Shown one piece after another: positions 62,001 to 64,000 of a stretch of DNA of 64,000 nt. Under the pieces are notes generated by a model that made no database searches, was not told the DNA's origin, and saw only the letters and a program-made list of their open reading frames with translations. The translations under genes were made by a program, and so were the position numbers. Position 1 is the first letter of the stretch. Each line of letters starts with the position of its first letter. Location of the stretch: contig NC_092348.1 in the NCBI RefSeq assembly GCF_963676685.1, positions 84,010,001-84,074,000 of the forward strand. The letters run 5' to 3'. The stretch comes from Mytilus edulis (taxonomy: Eukaryota).

Positions 62001-62718
62001 AATATTGTTTTTATCATTCATATTACAGAACAAGAATTGTATTGTCTAGGACTTTTATATTAGTTCTGTTTATTTGGTACGAAATATCTGTATATGTTTC
62101 ATGTACTACATTTTGGAAAACAAATATATCGTAAAAGATTTCTGAGTGGTAAGAGTAGACAAAAACGAATAAAAGTAATCCAAAACCATAGGGCGTGATA
62201 CTAACAAATTAAACTGTAGAAAGATTCACTTAAAAACTCCGTCTTTAAGTAAATAAATCTTATTTGTACTTCAAAATATTACACAACATTACCTTGAGCT
62301 TCAATGTCGTTAGATTTGTTAAGTTTTGTAACAACAATATAAATTGCATCTGGCGATAAAAAGGTCTGATGTGTCTGGTAAAATTCTGTGTCTCCGGCAA
62401 AATCCCAAAGGAGTAAGGTTGCATAATCTTCTTTATCACGAAGGTCAACTTCTGATTGTAACATACTTTTGATTTCCTTTTCTGCTTGTTCAAATGGATG
62501 TTCATGAGATACAGATGCATTTTTAGGTTGTAATATATTAAGTGACTGAGACGCTGAATTCACAGATTTTGCACTAGAACTGGTTGGTTTGTCGATACTA
62601 TCAATTTTGTACCCGGTTCCTTCTACTGATGCTTTACTGTTTACATTAACCTGGCTCTTAAGACTTTCGTCGTAGGGTTGTAACAGCCTTTTATGCAGTT
62701 CGGCTTCTTCGTTGATGC
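47017..62718 (-). CDS. ROCO-family protein (Roc GTPase + COR) with C-terminal DZIP3-like HEPN domain, 5'-partial, 7 exons, about 827 aa visible
   Basis: Exons in transcript order: 62718-62293, 61978-61827, 59076-57853, 54388-54323, 51799-51719, 48759-48267, 47060-47017 (TAA). All GT-AG, phases 1/0/0/0/0/1 compatible, frame open throughout. G3 LWDFAGD, G4 VILVGTWKD, G5-like FISNT, COR motifs LKYHHEIRSLVYF..IILDTQWL and YYVPCM, HEPN DIERIRLTRNELQH. The P-loop exon(s) must lie beyond the window. Confidence 0.85.
47405..47580 (+). mobile_element. Partial retrozyme-like copy with hammerhead variant (TTGATGA core at 47508); a second degenerate copy at about 47880-48070
   Basis: cgtcattgatgagtcttatgtagacgaaacgcgtgtctggc matches the family 1 hammerhead and its flanks. 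Confidence 0.7.
48267..48759 (-). CDS. DZIP3/hRUL138-like HEPN domain exon
   Basis: FSKEEFNFAKMGMIVLNILADVLYDLL...CDITYL...IPSNSGG..W.......TDTATGDDIERIRLTRNELQH...YNDLCHIIEDLLKRFD; DIT-x-L and DIERIR-x-x-RN-x-x-x-H match the family pattern; R-x4-H at 48486-48469. Confidence 0.85.
49320..50012 (+). mobile_element. Non-LTR retrozyme-like tandem dimer (364 nt between cleavage sites) with two hammerheads
   Basis: Near-identical direct repeats; hammerheads at 49567-49610 (GAAA mutated to GTAA) and 49931-49974 (intact); GTC sites end at 49604 and 49968. Confidence 0.85.
50575..50815 (-). pseudogene. Reverse transcriptase remnant, Penelope-like
   Basis: YESEFLQ...*..FNFTFRYMDDFLSINNPHFSDWVHL...FEIKETT; YxDD catalytic motif in FRYxDD context, with an in-frame stop upstream. 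Confidence 0.75.
51719..51799 (-). CDS. 81-nt phase-0 linker exon (VRCRVQGNISTNLKVSDVVTRTGSSKV)
   Basis: Acceptor ttttatttcag, donor GTG|GTAAGT, open frame, symmetric. Confidence 0.6.
51806..52202 (-). mobile_element. Truncated copy of the 26052 retroelement tail
   Basis: taaaattgagaatggaaatggggaatgtg... aligns with 26054 onward; TGAAA on both sides. Confidence 0.7.
53297..53813. mobile_element. PIF/Harbinger-like MITE
   Basis: TTA-GCGCATACGGTACAGTT ... AACTGTATCGTATGCCC-TAA; 17-bp TIR with 2 mismatches, TWA flanks. Confidence 0.65.
54323..54388 (-). CDS. 66-nt phase-0 linker exon (QSRSFEKSNSETTGNKETVFTE)
   Basis: Acceptor tttgtttcag (CAGCAG tandem), donor GAG|GTAACG, open frame, symmetric. 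Confidence 0.6.
55738..57092. mobile_element. Probable hAT-type non-autonomous element with clustered palindromic (GT)AATCGATT(AC) subterminal motifs
   Basis: Many AATCGATT variants at 55750-55890 and 56965-57070; right end CATCCCTG; left terminus eroded; contains a nested insertion. Confidence 0.5.
56344..56735. mobile_element. Helentron/HINE-like element with about 168-bp tandem core repeats
   Basis: Terminal hairpin AGGCTCT-ca-AGAGCCT; repeat aaagtaacaacacttgg...aaactaagtcccccgctg at 56431 and 56599. Confidence 0.6.
57853..59076 (-). CDS. End of Roc (G5) plus COR domain exon
   Basis: 412-aa ORF; FISNT, TWNKDYPLKFIQLEKRL, FLKYHHEIRSLVYFEDLPNHIILDTQWLSDAFKCIV, MEKFDII, YYVPCMV, FLPPHLINHLIA; acceptor tttttgtag, donor CAT|GTAAGT. 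Confidence 0.9.
59149..59724. mobile_element. MITE (Kolobok-like)
   Basis: aaa-GGACAAGGTTCAC ... GTGAACCTTCTCC-ttt, 1 mismatch. Confidence 0.65.
61631..61674 (+). ncRNA. Minimal type I hammerhead ribozyme (family 1), intact core
   Basis: Stem I GCGTCA/TGGCGT, core CTGATGA, stem II GTCT-tatgt-AGAC, GAAA, 1-2 bp stem III with palindromic GCGC loop, GTC cleavage triplet (cut after 61668). Confidence 0.85.
61827..61978 (-). CDS. Roc domain exon with G4 motif
   Basis: EMFGLWMDSIHCYC...PPVILVGTWKDEV; W-x-x-S-I and PPVILVGT-x-x-D are Roc hallmarks. Confidence 0.88.
62293..62718 (-). CDS. Roc domain exon: Ser-rich insert and G3 motif
   Basis: GINEEAELHKRLLQPY...ATLLLWDFAGDTEFYQTHQTFLSPDAIYIVVTKL; WDFAG-x-x-x-FY-x-TH-x-x-FL is typical of Roc. 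The acceptor at 62719 is weak. Confidence 0.88.
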
Positions 62719-63121
62719 CTTTAGTGTTGTTTTTAATAAAATGAAACCAAAAATTTACTATTAAAATTATAATTACCCTAAGTTAGGTAAGTCGTGTATA
62801 AACCAAAAAGTGACAATGGTTTGGAGATTGATCTGCACTCAAATCATTTACTAAAGGTATAGCAAATCCGATTTTTTTAAGAAATGCATATTTTGAAATA
62901 GCTCATCAATGTATTCTACTTTTGTATACACTTATTAAACAAACTTTACTAAAATTGTCCGTTTATAAATTTTGAAATTATTATGAAACTAAGGTTTCAA
63001 CTCCCTCAGGCAAAGTTGGCTTTAGATGAATTTGGCTATTTATTTTAGGTATTTTTAACATATAGCTCTTCAACGATTTTCGGTACTTATACATCTTCGG
63101 ATTTCAAATTTTTGGCATTGA

Positions 63122-63163
63122 GCGTTCCTGATGAAGGTAAATCCAGAAAAGCGCTTCGGACGC
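63122..63163 (+). ncRNA. Minimal hammerhead ribozyme variant (family 3) within a retrozyme/Penelope-like repeat at about 62940-63190
   Basis: Stem I GCGTTC/GGACGC, CTGATGA, weak stem II aGG-taaat-CCa, GAAA, A-gcgc-T, TTC site. Confidence 0.65.
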
Positions 63164-64000
63164 AATAAATTATTAAACGTGTTGTTTTATATTTTTATTA
63201 AAGTTAGCATTCTACCATTGTGGTAATTTATTGTAAGATTGATGTCTTAATCGGTTCCATGATTGAATTTTTTAAAGTTTACAAAATACCTAAATATTTT
63301 ATTGCAATCTAGTCATTAACAATTATCATTATTTTAAGAATCCTGGAAATATTAACATTTTTGGCATTGCACAATGTTCTCATTTAGCTTATAACATCTT
63401 TTATGTCATTCGAACTGCCTTAACATTGACAAGTTTCTTTTCTTTTGATTATAAATGCTGCTTTCTTCACAAACAAGCAGGAAATACCAAATTTAGTCTT
63501 GTTTGACCCATAACCTCTAGCTCTTGAGGTGAGCCTGCATTCAATGTGCCATAAAGACTTTATATATACAGTGAGCTTGTTTAAAATTTGTCCTAAGTAG
63601 CCTTTCATCATAAACAACACTAAAGGATATGCAGCATCGATGTAACAACACTGGTGAGTGAAGTATTGTGCTTTTTCCTTTTATACATGTCTTCAGAACC
63701 GATATCACAAACAAAATTTAGTGCCAATCGTTCTTTTAGATATTCCTACATAATTTGATTTTAATCTATCTGTTCTTTAGAAACAAATGACCCAAATTTG
63801 AAGTAAGGCTCCCACATAAGTCATGACATCTGATAGTGAAAATTCAGATTTTTAAATAAAAAAGAACACACTTTTAAGTAACTGAGAGCGAAAAGATAAA
63901 CGATGAGTTAGTTTCACTCATGCAACTACAAATAATTGCAAAGGTTGTATATCGCTGTTTAATAGTGAAAAATCTATTTAACCGAAACAAATCTGGGTCA

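Noticed and set aside
47017-62718. LRRK2/LRRK1/DAPK1/MFHAS1 orthology
   Set aside because: No kinase, WD40 or death domain after COR and the N-terminus is outside the window, so no gene symbol was assigned.
2893-63620. Most 60-160 aa ORFs in the supplied track (e.g. 2893-3156, 7482-7788, 10672-11046, 38873-39145, 44261-44620, 60329-60616)
   Set aside because: They fall in dispersed repeats or AT-rich introns, or are antisense shadows of real exons; the starts and ends of the exon-overlapping ORFs are intronic.
62719-64000. P-loop (G1/G2) exon of the ROCO gene
   Set aside because: No GxxxxGK[ST]-containing exon with credible splice sites was found; it presumably lies beyond the window.

Overview
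AT-rich, intron-containing animal genomic DNA. The repeat families and retrozyme-like tandem units point to a bivalve such as Mytilus (inference). I reconstructed two convergent, multi-exon genes by hand; both are 5'-truncated by the window. (1) + strand, 1-42439: a giant cadherin-repeat type I membrane protein (40 exons, about 2157 aa in one continuous frame, about 20 EC repeats, one TM helix, about 23-aa tail). Its middle is a recently amplified array of 13 two-exon, phase-symmetric cadherin cassettes, typically 172+134 nt = 102 aa. (2) - strand, 62718-47017: the C-terminal about 827 aa of a ROCO-family protein (Roc GTPase G3-G5 plus COR) ending in a DZIP3-like HEPN domain with an intact R-x4-H RNase motif. 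This is a candidate dimerisation-gated RNase immune effector. Introns and the intergenic gap hold Penelope-like retroelement remnants, about 350-365 nt tandem retrozyme units carrying minimal type I hammerhead ribozymes (three co-varying sequence families), several MITEs, a 2.4 kb element with about 550 bp terminal inverted repeats, and Helentron-like elements. All gene models come from splice signals, phase and peptide motifs; no transcript or database evidence was available.
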